49,020 nt of DNA from an uncultured Gammaproteobacteria bacterium (GTDB lineage: Bacteria > Pseudomonadota > Gammaproteobacteria > Magnimaribacterales > D2472). The notes under the pieces are model-generated. The model was given only the letters and a program-made list of their open reading frames with translations, had not been told where the DNA came from and did not search any database. A program made the position numbers and the translations under genes. Each line of letters opens with the position of its first letter. Position 1 is the stretch's first letter. This document shows positions 19,191 through 34,515 of this stretch, piece by piece. Location: the NCBI GenBank assembly GCA_964343355.1, contig CAYFJC010000003.1:1-49020 (forward strand). The letters run 5' to 3'.

Positions 19191-20978
19191 ATGACAAACA
19201 CAATTAATGCTAATAATATCAAAACTATAGAATATGATGCCTTGATTATTGGTGGAGGCGGTGCTGGAATGAGAACTTCCTTGGAACTTGCTAAGTCTGG
19301 ATTAAAGACAGCAGTTGTTTCTAAGGTTTTTCCAACTAGATCTCATACTGTTTCTGCTCAAGGTGGCATTACATGTGCTATTCAAAGCGCTGATCCAAAT
19401 GATGATTGGAGATGGCATATGTACGATACAGTGAAAGGTGCAGATTTTATAGGCGACCAAGATGCAATTGAGTACATGTGCTCAGAAGGCCCAAAAGCAG
19501 TTTTTGAACTTGAGCATATGGGATTACCATTTTCTAGGTTTGATAATGGAAGAATATATCAAAGACCTTTTGGTGGACAGTCCAAAGATTTTGGTAAAGG
19601 TGGCCAGGCTGCGAGAACATGCGCAGCTGCAGACAGGACTGGTCACGCGCTTCTTCATACCCTCTATCAAAATAACATTAAAGAAGGCTCTAATTTTTTA
19701 AATGAATGGTTTGCTGTTGATCTTGTAAAAAATTCTAAAAATGAAGTTACAGGAGTTATTGCTTTTTCTATTGAATCAGGTGAAGTTGCCCATTTAAAAG
19801 CTCAGGCTACTGTTCTTGCTACTGGAGGTGCCGGAAGAATTTATGCATCTACTACAAATGCATTAATTAACACTGGTGATGGACTAGGTATGAGTCTTCG
19901 TTCCGGTTTTGCAGCTCAAGATATGGAGATGTGGCAGTTCCATCCAACAGGTATTTATGGTGCTGGCTCTCTAGTTACTGAAGGTTGTAGAGGAGAAGGT
20001 GGTTATTTAGTAAATGGAGAAGGCGAAAGATTTATGGAAAGATATGCTCCTAATGTTAAAGATTTAGCTGGGCGTGATGTTGTAGCTAGATCAATGGTTT
20101 TAGAGATACTAGAAGGACGAGGTTGTGGAGAAAATAAAGATCATGTTTATTTAAAATTAGATCATCTGGGCGCTGATGTTCTAAATTCTAAATTACCCGG
20201 TATTTGTGAACTATCTAAAACATTTGCTCATGTTGATCCTGTTTATCATCCAATTCCAGTAGTGCCAACTTGTCATTATATGATGGGAGGAACACCAACA
20301 AATATTCATGGACAAGCTTTTACAAGAATAAATTCTGAGGATGTAACTGTTCCAGGCTTGTTTGCTGCAGGTGAGGCAGCTTGTGTATCAGTTCATGGAG
20401 CTAATAGATTGGGAGGTAATTCTTTGCTTGATTTAGTTGTATTTGGAAGGGCCGCTGGAACTTTTATTCAAAAAGAACTCAGTTCAGGTGGAGGAGTTGA
20501 ATCAGCATCTGATTCAGATATTGATAACTCTTTAGAAAGATTAAATAAATTAAATGAATCAAGCTCAGGACACGATACTGCCTCTGTTAAAAAAGAGCTA
20601 CAAACATGCATGCAAAACTATTTTGGAGTATTTAGAAGAGGCGAGTTCATGGAGAAAGGGGTTGCTGAGTTAGAAGAAATTAGAAATAAAGCAGAGAATC
20701 TTCATTTAAGCGATAAGAGTGTAGCTTTTAACACAAGTAGAGTAGAAGCCTTAGAACTTCAAAACCTTGTAGAGGTTGCAGAAGCAACCGCTATCTCTGC
20801 ATTACATAGAAATGAAAGTAGAGGAGCTCATGCTCGAGATGATTTTCCCGATAGAGACGATGAAAATTGGTTATGCCATTCTGTATTTGACCCAAATGAT
20901 AAGTCTCTCTCTAAAAGGGTAGTCAACTTTGCTCCTAAAACAATGGAAGCTTTTCCTCCAAAAGTTAGAGTTTATTAA
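19191..20978 (+). CDS. sdhA: Succinate dehydrogenase flavoprotein subunit
   Basis: [16 protein letters not shown] (FAD His), [29 protein letters not shown]. Confidence 0.98.
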   Translation: MTNTINANNIKTIEYDALIIGGGGAGMRTSLELAKSGLKTAVVSKVFPTRSHTVSAQGGITCAIQSADPNDDWRWHMYDTVKGADFIGDQDAIEYMCSEGPKAVFELEHMGLPFSRFDNGRIYQRPFGGQSKDFGKGGQAARTCAAADRTGHALLHTLYQNNIKEGSNFLNEWFAVDLVKNSKNEVTGVIAFSIESGEVAHLKAQATVLATGGAGRIYASTTNALINTGDGLGMSLRSGFAAQDMEMWQFHPTGIYGAGSLVTEGCRGEGGYLVNGEGERFMERYAPNVKDLAGRDVVARSMVLEILEGRGCGENKDHVYLKLDHLGADVLNSKLPGICELSKTFAHVDPVYHPIPVVPTCHYMMGGTPTNIHGQAFTRINSEDVTVPGLFAAGEAACVSVHGANRLGGNSLLDLVVFGRAAGTFIQKELSSGGGVESASDSDIDNSLERLNKLNESSSGHDTASVKKELQTCMQNYFGVFRRGEFMEKGVAELEEIRNKAENLHLSDKSVAFNTSRVEALELQNLVEVAEATAISALHRNESRGAHARDDFPDRDDENWLCHSVFDPNDKSLSKRVVNFAPKTMEAFPPKVRVY

Positions 20979-20987
20979 GGATTATTT

Positions 20988-21728
20988 ATGCTAAAAATTA
21001 ATATATATAGATACAACCCAGAGCAGGATAAGTTTCCTTATATGATGAACTATGAGATTGAAAAACCTGAAAAGGACATTATGGTTTTAGACCTTCTTCA
21101 TCTTCTAAAAGAGAGTGATTCATCCTTATCATTTAGGAGATCATGTAGAGAGGGTGTTTGTGGTTCAGATGGCATGAATATTAATGGCAAAAATGGGTTA
21201 GCATGCATAACAGCATTATCTGATGTTCTAAAAGGAGATAGGCTTGATATAAGACCCCTACCTGGACTTCCAGTTATTAGAGATCTTGTTGTTGATATGA
21301 CTCAATTTTATAATCAGTATGAAAAAATTAAGCCATTTCTTCAAAATGATACTCCGCCTCCAGAGCAAGAGCGCCTCCAGTCTCCAGCAGACAGAGATAA
21401 GCTTGATGGTCTTTATGAGTGCATACTTTGCGCTTGTTGCTCAACAAGCTGTCCTTCATTTTGGTGGAATCCTGATAAATTTGTAGGTCCAGCAGCTTTA
21501 TTGCAAGCATATAGGTTTCTTGCTGATACTAGAGATTTAGAAAAGGATAGCAGGCTTGATGATTTAGCAGATCCATTTAGCGTTTACAGATGCCATGGCA
21601 TTATGAATTGTGTTGCAGCATGCCCTAAAGGATTAAATCCAAATAAGGCTATTGGAGAAATAAAAACCATGTTACTTAAGGGTAAAAGTTCAGCAAATAT
21701 TATTGCATCAGATGGAGTTACTGCGTAA
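20988..21728 (+). CDS. sdhB: Succinate dehydrogenase iron-sulfur subunit
   Basis: [30 protein letters not shown]...CP. Confidence 0.98.
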   Translation: MLKINIYRYNPEQDKFPYMMNYEIEKPEKDIMVLDLLHLLKESDSSLSFRRSCREGVCGSDGMNINGKNGLACITALSDVLKGDRLDIRPLPGLPVIRDLVVDMTQFYNQYEKIKPFLQNDTPPPEQERLQSPADRDKLDGLYECILCACCSTSCPSFWWNPDKFVGPAALLQAYRFLADTRDLEKDSRLDDLADPFSVYRCHGIMNCVAACPKGLNPNKAIGEIKTMLLKGKSSANIIASDGVTA

Positions 21729-21735
21729 AAATATC

Positions 21736-24566
21736 ATGAGTTACGATATGGAAAAATTCTGGGAAGATTCGCATACCTCATCCGGACACTCCTCTTACCT
21801 AGAAAGTTTATATGAATCATATTTAGATAATCCAGCAAGTGTATCTCTTGAATGGAGAAGTTTTTTTGATGACTTGCCTAGCAATAATGGAAAACATCAA
21901 GATATTTCTCATCAGAATATTATTAATTCATACAAAAATCATAGAAGAGTTTTATCAAGCTCAAACAATACAAATGAAATAAATGATAAGCAGGTTAGAG
22001 TAGTTCAGCTTATACAGGCATACAGAAATAGAGGTCATCAGGCTGCAACATTAGATCCATTGGGCATGATGGAGAGAAAGCAAGTTCCTGATTTAGATAT
22101 TGAATATCACGGCTTAGATAAAGAAGATCTTCAGACAGTTTTTAAAACTGATACATTAAAAATTGGAAAAGCAGAAGCTACTCTTCAACAAATCATTGAC
22201 TCACTCCAATCTATTTATTGTGGTGATCTGGGTATTGAATACAACTATATTGTAAGCACTGAGGAAAGAAAGTGGTTTCAAGAGATATTAGAACCAAGTC
22301 TTGGGCAATGCGAATTTGAAGACGATGAAAAAAAATATATATTTAATAGATTAAATTCTGCTGAAGGTTTAGCAAAGTTTCTTGCAGCAAAATATCCAGG
22401 TATGAAGCGTTTTGGTATTGATGGATGTGAGTCATTAATCCCGCTTGTAGATGCTTTAATTCAAAATTGTGGAATTCTTGGTGCTAAGCAGATTTGTTTT
22501 GGTATGGCTCATAGAGGTAGATTAAATTTACTAGTTAATGTGCTTGGTAAAACCCCTGCTGAATTATTTTCTGCTTTTGAAGAAGATGTTGAGCTAACAG
22601 GTGCAAATACAGGAGATGTTAAATATCATCTTGGCTTTTCTTCAAATTTATTAACTCCTAATGGGGAAGTTCATGTTTCCCTATTTAACAACCCCTCTCA
22701 TCTTGAGATAGTTGATCCGGTAGTTCTTGGGTCAGTTCGCGCCAGACAAGATAGAATTTATGATGAAAAGAGAGAACAAGTTATCCCAATTCTTATTCAT
22801 GGGGATGCATCATTTTCTGGTCAAGGTGTAGTAATGGAATCTCTTCAGATGTCTCAAACTAGAGGATATGGTGTTGGCGGGACTTTACATGTAATTGTTA
22901 ACAATCAAATTGGATTTACAACTAGTTACAAATATGACGCTAGATCAACAGACTATTCAACAGATGTAGCTAAAATGATAGAAGCTCCGATTATTCACGT
23001 AAATGGTGATAATCCTGAAATGGTAGTCCATGCAGCACAGATAGCTTGTGAATATAGATACAAGTTTGGTAAGGATATAATCTTAGATTTGTTCTGTTAC
23101 AGAAGAAGAGGTCACAATGAAGCAGATGACCCCTCTGCAACTCAGCCACTTATGTATGAAAAGATTGCTAAACATCCTTCAGTATTAAAAATTTATGAAG
23201 AAAAGTTAATCTCAGAAAGCATCATAACCAAATTAGATTCTATAACTTTTCAAAAAGAGTACAGAGATTCTCTGGAGAAAGGAGCATCGGTAGTTGGAAA
23301 TCTTGCTTTAAAACCTAATGATGATCTTTGGTTTGATTGGTCAGCTCACTTAAATCAAACATGGTGGCAGGAAACTAATACAAAAGTTAATACAGGTAAA
23401 TTTTTAGAATTATCTGAAGTTATTACTTCAGCTCCAAAAGACTTTACGCTTGGGAGACAAGTTAAAAAAGTATTTGAAGACAGAAGGCTTATGGCTGCTG
23501 GTGAAGCGCCAATTAATTGGGGTTATGCGGAATCCATGGCTTATGCAACATTATTAGCAGAAGGTTATCCTATTCGCTTAACAGGGCAAGATGTAAGAAG
23601 AGGAACGTTCTCACACAGACATGCTGCCATATATAACGCTAAAGATGGAATAGGGCACATACCATTAGTAAACGTAGCAAGAGAAAGTTCTACTAGAATG
23701 GATATATATGACTCTTTCTTGTCCGAAGAGGCTGTTTTAGGTTTCGAATATGGATATTCAGCTACTTGGCCTTCTGGTTTGGTAATGTGGGAAGCTCAAT
23801 TTGGTGATTTTGTTAATGGCGCTCAGGTGGTAATTGATCAGTTTATAGTTTCTGCTGAACATAAATGGGAAAGATTATCAGGATTAGTCATGCTTCTTCC
23901 TCACGGTTTTGAAGGTCAAGGCCCAGAACATAGTAGTGCTAGGCTGGAACGATTTCTTCAGTTATGTGCTGATGGAAATATTGAGGTTTGTGTTCCCAGC
24001 ACCCCAGCTCAAATATTTCATCTTCTAAGGCGACAAGCTATTAGAAAGATGAGAAGACCTTTAATTGTAATTACTCCAAAAAGTCTTTTAAGAAATCCTC
24101 TTGTTACATCCTCAGTAGCTGAATTAACTGATGGAGAATTCAAGTGCGTTATTGATGATGAGATAGTTAATAAAAAAAATATTAATAGAGTTGTTATGTG
24201 TTCAGGTAAGATTTATTACGATTTACTTCAAAAAAGAATCGAAAATAAAATTGATACTATTGCCTTGGTAAGAATTGAGCAATTGTATTCATTTCCATAT
24301 GACGATCTAGAAAATATTTTATCTAACTACCCTAATACGAAAGAATTTATTTGGTGTCAAGAAGAGCCAGCAAACCAGGGTGCATGGTTTAGTCATAGAC
24401 ATAGGCTTCAAAGAGTTTTAGATAGATTTGACAATAAAAATGAAATCAAACTTGTGAGTAGGCCAGCTGCAGCAGCGCCAGCAGTTGGTTTAATGAAATT
24501 ACATTTAAAACAACAAGAAGAAATAGTATTAAAGGCTTTAAATATAAAGCCGCAGGGAGAGAAAGA

Positions 24567-24570
<4 letters not shown>
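21736..24570 (+). CDS. sucA: 2-oxoglutarate dehydrogenase E1
   Basis: [26 protein letters not shown] motif, [19 protein letters not shown]. Likely ATG at 21736 rather than TTG 21703. Confidence 0.97.
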
Positions 24571-28352
<3,782 letters not shown>

Positions 28353-28356
<4 letters not shown>

Positions 28357-29225
28357 GTATATTAGTAAATAAAGATACAAGAGTTATTGTTCAAGGTTTT
28401 ACAGGTTCTCAAGCAACACTTCATTCAGAACAAGCTATTGAATATGGGACTAATATTGTAGGTGGAGTTACTCCAGGTAAGGGTGGCCAAGTTCATCTAG
28501 ACAGACCTGTTTTTGATACTATGGATGAAGCTATGAAGGCTGTTAATCCAAATGCAGCCCTTATTTTTGTTCCAGCAGCATTTTGTAAAGATTCAATTCT
28601 TGAGGCAGCTGAATCAGGAGTAGAATTAGTAATATGTATAACTGAAGGCGTGCCTACACTTGACATGCTAATGATTAAGAAGAGAGTAGATGAGCTTGGA
28701 GTTAGGCTTATAGGACCTAATTGTCCTGGAATAATTACACCTGGTGAAGCAAAGCTCGGAATTATGCCTGGAAGTATTCATATGCCTGGATCTGTTGGAA
28801 TTATATCTAGATCTGGAACACTTACTTATGAAGCAGTAAAGCAAACAACTGATCTTGGCTTGGGTCAAAGTAGTTGTGTCGGTATTGGTGGAGATCCTAT
28901 TCCAGGTTCCTCATTTATTGATATCTTAAAATTATTTGAAGCTGATGACGCTACCAAGGCTATAGTTATGGTTGGGGAGATTGGAGGTTCAGCGGAGGAA
29001 GAGGCTGCAGAATTCATTAAAACTTCAGTTACCAAACCAGTCATTTCATATATTGCAGGTCAAACTGCGCCTGCAGGTAAAAGAATGGGGCATGCAGGAG
29101 CTATTATTGCGGGCGGCAAAGGTACAGCGGCTGATAAGATTTCAAAATTAAAAGAATGCGGAGTTCATATTGCAGATAATCTTTTAGAGATAGGTTCAAA
29201 GACAGCAGAAGTTATTAATTCATAA
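28353..29225 (+). CDS. sucD: Succinyl-CoA synthetase alpha subunit
   Basis: [27 protein letters not shown] (phospho-His). Confidence 0.98.
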
Positions 29226-30579
29226 CCTTGCTAAATTTATTTGAAATCCACTGAACTCTCATACTAATTAGGACTGCAAATACAGATAAGCCAGCAATCA
29301 TAGCTATCCACATTCCTGATGCTCCCAAAGGTTCAGTAAATCCATAAAATGTTAAATAATATCCAAATGGGACTGCCATAAACCAATATACTAAAAGAGT
29401 AATTATCATTGGTGCAAAGGTATCTTTATAACCTCTAAGCGCACCTATTGCTCCAATTTGAGCACCATCGGGTATCTGAAATATTGCAGCAAATATCAAT
29501 AGATTACTTGCAACTAAAACAACTGATTCCTCGGTTGAAAACAATGCACTTAACTGATCTTTAAAAGTAAGAATAATAAGTGTATTTATAAATGCAATCA
29601 TTGTGCATAAAACAATTGAAGAAATAGAAGCAAATCTTGCATCTAGCATTCTTTTACCACCTATTAAATTTCCTACTCTTGTGGCAGCAGCCAAACCAAT
29701 AGAGAGCGATATTACAAAAAAGACACTAGCTATATTCATTGCTATAGCATGACCAGCTACAATTTCTTTACCTAACGGAGATATAATTAAGGCTGCTCCT
29801 GAGAACATTGCTAGCTCAATAAAAATACCTAATCCTATTGGAAAACCTAATTTAAATATCTCAATAAGAGTATCCTTAGATGGAAAAGGAAGTTTTTGAA
29901 AAGGCTTAGTTACCGAATAATTTTTAGACTTAGCTATATAGCATATTAATGCTAAAGTCATAAATACAGATACTATCGATGTTGCATAACCACAACCAAC
30001 ACCACCCATTTTAGGAACACCAAAATAACCATAGACTAAAATAATATCTAATGGAATATTAATCAACATTCCTGCAAGTGAGATATAAAAAATAGGAAGT
30101 GTTATGGCCATACCTTCGCTGTAGCAGCGAAGACAAGTAAAAATAGTTATAGCAAACATCCCAACTGATAAGGCTTTAAGATATTCCCCAGAAATTTTTG
30201 CAACTTCTGGATCTAACTGCAGAAGGTTTACTAAAAGATATAAATTAGGATAAATTAATAAAAATAAACTACCTAGGAAAATTGAAATCCAAACCACTTC
30301 ACCTAACTTATAACCAATTTTATTAAATTCCTTTGCGCCATATAACTGAGCAACAATAGGAGTAATAGCAAATGTAATACCAGCTATAAGTAGCCAGATT
30401 GGATGAGTAATAGCTGAACCTATAGCTAAACCAGCAAGGTCTGTTGAGCTTGCTCTTCCAGCAACAAGCGTATCAGTAGTTCCCATAAAGATATAGGAAA
30501 CCTGAGACCCAAAAATAGGTAGTCCTATTTGAAGCAAGCTTTTAAACTCATTTTTAAATTTTGTTAACAAATTTAGCAC
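29215..30579 (-). CDS. MATE family efflux transporter (NorM-like)
   Basis: About 12 TM segments; DT.VAG...DLA, GG.GCG.AT, LG.PIG..IF.E, A.FQ..D..Q, LRGYKDT. GTG start. Confidence 0.92.
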   Translation of the reverse strand: MLNLLTKFKNEFKSLLQIGLPIFGSQVSYIFMGTTDTLVAGRASSTDLAGLAIGSAITHPIWLLIAGITFAITPIVAQLYGAKEFNKIGYKLGEVVWISIFLGSLFLLIYPNLYLLVNLLQLDPEVAKISGEYLKALSVGMFAITIFTCLRCYSEGMAITLPIFYISLAGMLINIPLDIILVYGYFGVPKMGGVGCGYATSIVSVFMTLALICYIAKSKNYSVTKPFQKLPFPSKDTLIEIFKLGFPIGLGIFIELAMFSGAALIISPLGKEIVAGHAIAMNIASVFFVISLSIGLAAATRVGNLIGGKRMLDARFASISSIVLCTMIAFINTLIILTFKDQLSALFSTEESVVLVASNLLIFAAIFQIPDGAQIGAIGALRGYKDTFAPMIITLLVYWFMAVPFGYYLTFYGFTEPLGASGMWIAMIAGLSVFAVLISMRVQWISNKFSKVMN

Positions 30580-30621
30580 TTAAAAATATTTTCGATACTT
30601 TATCATATTAAAATAGTAATT

Positions 30622-31360
30622 ATGTCAGGAGAAAATAATCAGAAAAGATAATAGACCGTATTGGCTAAAAAAACTCAGCTCAAGAATTAATAGACGTTAT
30701 GTAAGTCATTTTTTAAAACCTCAATTCTTAAAATTAGGGAAGGGTGGAGCTTATTTCAAGCCACAATACATAAACCTTTTTGGTAAAAATATTTCCATAG
30801 ATGATTATCCGACATTAATAGGAGCTAAGGATGCCAATATCCAATTCACTACTTGGAACGTAGATACATGGGATGGAAAGCTAGATATTGGTAAATATGT
30901 TCTTATTACTCCTGGTGTAAGAATTATGGCAGCAGATCAAATTACAATTGGTGATGCATGCATGTTTGCTCATGGTGCTTATATTTCTGATGCAGATTGG
31001 CATGGTATTTATGATAGATCTGAACCAGTTGGAAAAACTAAACCGGTTGTTCTCAAAGATAATGTATGGATTGGAGATAGTGCCATTGTTTGTAAAGGGG
31101 TAACTATAGGAGAAAATAGTATTATTGGCGCAGGAGCTGTTGTTACAAAAGATGTACCACCAAATTCTGTTTTTGCTGGAAATCCTGCCAAACTTGTTAA
31201 AGTTTTAGATGAAAAAGAAGATTTTATTTCAAGAAAAGATTTTTTTGCCAACCCAAAAAAGCTTGCAGAAGATTTTGATTCATTAGATAAATATTCATTA
31301 GGAGATAATTCTTTTTTAGGTTGGATTCAAAGTATTTTTTGGCCAGATAATAGCAATTGA
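30622..31360 (+). CDS. Hexapeptide-repeat (left-handed beta-helix) acyltransferase; 5' end frameshifted or non-AUG start
   Basis: The frame of the 30926 ORF stays open back to about 30620 (IRKDNRPYWLKK...KYVLITPGVRI) with no ATG/GTG/TTG. ATG 30622 is in another frame. C-terminal hexapeptide motifs: DNVWIGDSAIVCKGVTIGENSIIGAGAVVTKDVP, GNPA. Confidence 0.8.
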
Positions 31361-32448
31361 TAAATATTATTGCAGATAAAGATATACCAAATTTAGATAT
31401 TCATTTAAATGAATTGCTGGACTCTAATTTTTTTAGAATTAAATATCTACATTATCTGGATATTAATACTAATACCTTAAAAGACTGTGAAGTATTATTG
31501 GTAAGATCGACAATACGAGTTAATAAATCTTTACTTAAAAAAACAAACATAAAATTTATTGGTTCTGCTACAGCAGGAATAAATCATTTGGATATTAATT
31601 ATCTTAATAAAAATAATATTCAATGGGATTATGCACCTGGTTGCAATTCTTCATCTGTTACACATTATATTTTAGCTGCTCTTGCAGAACTTATAGATCA
31701 AAAGAAAATGAGCTATAACTCAAAAATTGGGATTGTTGGTCATGGCAATATAGGAAAGAAAATTGCTAATTATCTTCACTCATTAGGCTTCACTGTTTTA
31801 AGAAACGATCCCTTTTTAAAAGATCCAAGCTTGATCGACTTTAAACAAATACTTGATTGTGATCTTATAAGCCTTCATGTTCCTTACACAGAAGATGGAG
31901 ATCATCCTACTCAGCATCTAATTGATGAAAAAGAATTATTTGAATTACAAAATAAAATACTCATTAACTCCTCACGAGGAGGCGTAGTTAATGAGAAAGC
32001 TTTATTGAAACAAAAAAGTATTACTTATATTAATGATGTTTGGAAAAATGAACCTTTACCATCCAGAGCTCTAGTTAAACAATCCTTTATTTCCACTCCG
32101 CACATTGCTGGTTACAGTAAACAAGGAAAATTAAATAGCTCCAAACTAGTCGCATTATCTGCTGCAAGATACATAGAATCTAAAAAGGACATGAATCCAT
32201 TTAACTTTAAAGATCCATCTGATAAAAAAATAGTACATTACCAATCTATAGATATTGAATCACAACCTTACCCACTTCATATTTTTAATGAAAGTTTTAA
32301 TATTCAATCTATTTCAACTGAAATGAAGAAATTATGTAACCAAGACATTAACAATGAATTGTTAGCAAAAGGATTCAACCAAATGCGCTCCTCGCATCCT
32401 CAAAGAGATGATTATGATTCAAAGGAGTTTATAGAGAAATATACTTAG
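31357..32448 (+). CDS. pdxB: Erythronate-4-phosphate dehydrogenase
   Basis: I.AD..IP, LLVRS, GSATAG.NH, APGCN, GHGNIG, SLHVP, INSSRG, DVW.NEP, TPHIAGYS..GK. TTG start overlaps the upstream stop. Confidence 0.92.
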   Translation: MINIIADKDIPNLDIHLNELLDSNFFRIKYLHYLDINTNTLKDCEVLLVRSTIRVNKSLLKKTNIKFIGSATAGINHLDINYLNKNNIQWDYAPGCNSSSVTHYILAALAELIDQKKMSYNSKIGIVGHGNIGKKIANYLHSLGFTVLRNDPFLKDPSLIDFKQILDCDLISLHVPYTEDGDHPTQHLIDEKELFELQNKILINSSRGGVVNEKALLKQKSITYINDVWKNEPLPSRALVKQSFISTPHIAGYSKQGKLNSSKLVALSAARYIESKKDMNPFNFKDPSDKKIVHYQSIDIESQPYPLHIFNESFNIQSISTEMKKLCNQDINNELLAKGFNQMRSSHPQRDDYDSKEFIEKYT

Positions 32449-32459
32449 TTATGAATGGC

Positions 32460-32488
32460 TTGTTTTTTTAAATGAGAATGATTATCAT
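32460..32488 (+). promoter_or_regulatory. Fur box overlapping a sigma70-like promoter
   Basis: TGAGAAT-G-ATTATCA (32473-87) matches the 7-1-7 Fur consensus TGATAAT-N-ATTATCA at 13/14. -35 TTGTTT 32460-65, 17 bp, -10 TATCAT 32483-88. Confidence 0.7.
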
Positions 32489-32573
32489 CTAGATAATTAC
32501 AAACATAAAATGTATGTAAATAAATTATATATATCTTGTTTCAAGAAATTAGAAGTGTAAAATAAATCTCTTC

Positions 32574-32978
32574 ATGAGAGCAATCTCATATTTACTAAAA
32601 AAAATTATGACTGATAAATTAAAGCGAGCTCAAGCAATTATTGAAAGTATTTATTCAACTACTATAGGTAACTCTTCAAATCCAGCTTCAATGAGTTTTT
32701 ATCAATCAGACACTTATAGATTCTTTTTTCTGCTTGCTTTCATGCATGAGCATTTTAATGATAGCGAGATATCTCAAGAGTTTGCTATTTCCTTAGTTCC
32801 TAAGAAATATGCTTCTAGGATTAAAAGACTACAAGTTCTTAAGCAATCTGTGCAACTTGGATATATCAATGAAGAATCATCATTGGTTGATAAGCGCAGG
32901 AGAATTTATACTCCCTCAGACTCTATGACTAATGATTTTCTGGATATGACGGAATCAGTGTCAAACCTTTCAGGTTAA
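32574..32978 (+). CDS. Hypothetical protein, probable MarR-like winged-helix DNA-binding protein
   Basis: 134 aa (123 aa from ATG 32607). Helix pattern followed by LGYI....DKRRRIY, which resembles the MarR wing motif DxR. Confidence 0.6.
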   Translation: MRAISYLLKKIMTDKLKRAQAIIESIYSTTIGNSSNPASMSFYQSDTYRFFFLLAFMHEHFNDSEISQEFAISLVPKKYASRIKRLQVLKQSVQLGYINEESSLVDKRRRIYTPSDSMTNDFLDMTESVSNLSG

Positions 32979-32994
32979 AAAAAATTTTCTTAAT

Positions 32995-34428
32995 TTAAGA
33001 AGAGCAAGATAATCCTATATCTGAAGCCCAATCCGGCGATTCGTCAGCATATTTCTCATATTCCAAGTTTTCATTAAACGGTTTTGCTATTAATCTCATT
33101 AAGTTATCTATTTCTGTATATGAACCCTCTTCAGCTTTATCTATGGCATTTTGAAGTAAATAATTTCTTAGAATAAACTTAGGGTTAGTTTGATTCATTT
33201 GTTTGACTCGTGCATCTTCATCACTAATTTCATGCTTATGCCTTTGTTGAAATTTTTTAGACCAACCCTTTAAACTCTTATCAGTTCTTACTGGATGATT
33301 ATTTTTTATAATATTGCTTAAGCTTCTAAATGTTCTTGTAAAATCTAATTTTTCTACTTCCATTATATTTAGAAGTTCTTGAATCAAGAGTTCGTCTTGA
33401 TTGTCTTGTTCTTTAAGCCCTAATTTTGCTTTATATAAATTAAATAATGTTTTTGCATAAATATCTTCATATAAAGACATAATTCTACCTATCTCTTCTT
33501 TATCAATTAATTGACTAAATGTATGAGCCAAAGCAGAACAATTCCACTTACCAATATAGGGCTGATTTTGATATGAATACCGGCCAGATGAATCAGAGAG
33601 GTTGCAAATATGTGCAGGATTGAAGTTGTCAATAAAACCATAAGGCCCATAATCTATTGTCTCTCCAAGAATTGACATATTATCGGTATTCATCACACCA
33701 TGACAAAATCCAATAGATTGCCAGTGAGCAATCAAGGAAGCTGTTTTAGTAACTATACTTTCAAGCAGGTATGAGTATTTATTTTTATATTTGTTTGCCT
33801 GAGGGAGGTATTTATAAATAACATGATCACTCAACTCTCTATGTCTATCAAGCAAACCATCATGAAAGAATTTTTCAAAACTTCCGAACCTTATGTGTGT
33901 TTTTGCAGTTCTAGCAATCATTGCTGCAGGTTCAGATTTTTCTCTATAGACCATGTCATTACTTCCAAATATCATTAAAGACCTTGAGGATGGAATTCCT
34001 AGACCACTCATTGCTTCACCACATAAATATTCTCTTAATGACGATCTTAATACGGCTCTCCCATCACCAAATCTTGAATAAGGAGTTTTACCAGAGCCTT
34101 TAATATGAACATCAAAGAATTCATCTTTTATTTTTAATTCTCCAAGTAAAATACCTCTTCCATCTCCTAATTGCTGAACATATTGACCAAACTGATGTCC
34201 TGCATAATTCATTGAGATTCCTTGAATACCAGGTATTTGAATATTGCCATTAAAAATATACATTAAGGCTTCATGACTTTCGTTTGATAGATTTAACTCT
34301 TTTAATAAACCTTTATTTACATGAATAAGATAAGGGTCATTTAATGGTTGTTGTAGTTGTTCAGAGTAAAAATCTTTACTTAAACCTGAATAAGAGTGCT
34401 GTTTTAGATTATTTTTTATAATTTCCAT
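32995..34428 (-). CDS. selO: Protein adenylyltransferase SelO (YdiU)
   Basis: YAGHQFG...QLGDGRG, KGSG.TPYSR.GDGRAVLRSS.RE, HGVMNTDN, DYGPYGF, NPK.ILRN, C-terminal SCSS. Confidence 0.95.
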   Translation of the reverse strand: MEIIKNNLKQHSYSGLSKDFYSEQLQQPLNDPYLIHVNKGLLKELNLSNESHEALMYIFNGNIQIPGIQGISMNYAGHQFGQYVQQLGDGRGILLGELKIKDEFFDVHIKGSGKTPYSRFGDGRAVLRSSLREYLCGEAMSGLGIPSSRSLMIFGSNDMVYREKSEPAAMIARTAKTHIRFGSFEKFFHDGLLDRHRELSDHVIYKYLPQANKYKNKYSYLLESIVTKTASLIAHWQSIGFCHGVMNTDNMSILGETIDYGPYGFIDNFNPAHICNLSDSSGRYSYQNQPYIGKWNCSALAHTFSQLIDKEEIGRIMSLYEDIYAKTLFNLYKAKLGLKEQDNQDELLIQELLNIMEVEKLDFTRTFRSLSNIIKNNHPVRTDKSLKGWSKKFQQRHKHEISDEDARVKQMNQTNPKFILRNYLLQNAIDKAEEGSYTEIDNLMRLIAKPFNENLEYEKYADESPDWASDIGLSCSS

Positions 34429-34515
34429 TCAAAAGATTACAGAAGATTTATATATGATATGTATAATTTACATTAGTTCTAAATAAAATAATCAGAAAAA
34501 GGATAATAAAAATAA

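Noticed and set aside
32995-33010. Selenocysteine at the SelO C-terminus
   Set aside because: The gene ends Cys-Ser-Ser-TAA with no in-frame TGA.
34429-34515. preQ1 riboswitch upstream of the queuosine precursor transporter
   Set aside because: AGTTCTA and an A-rich tail are present, but I could not form the required P1 stem.
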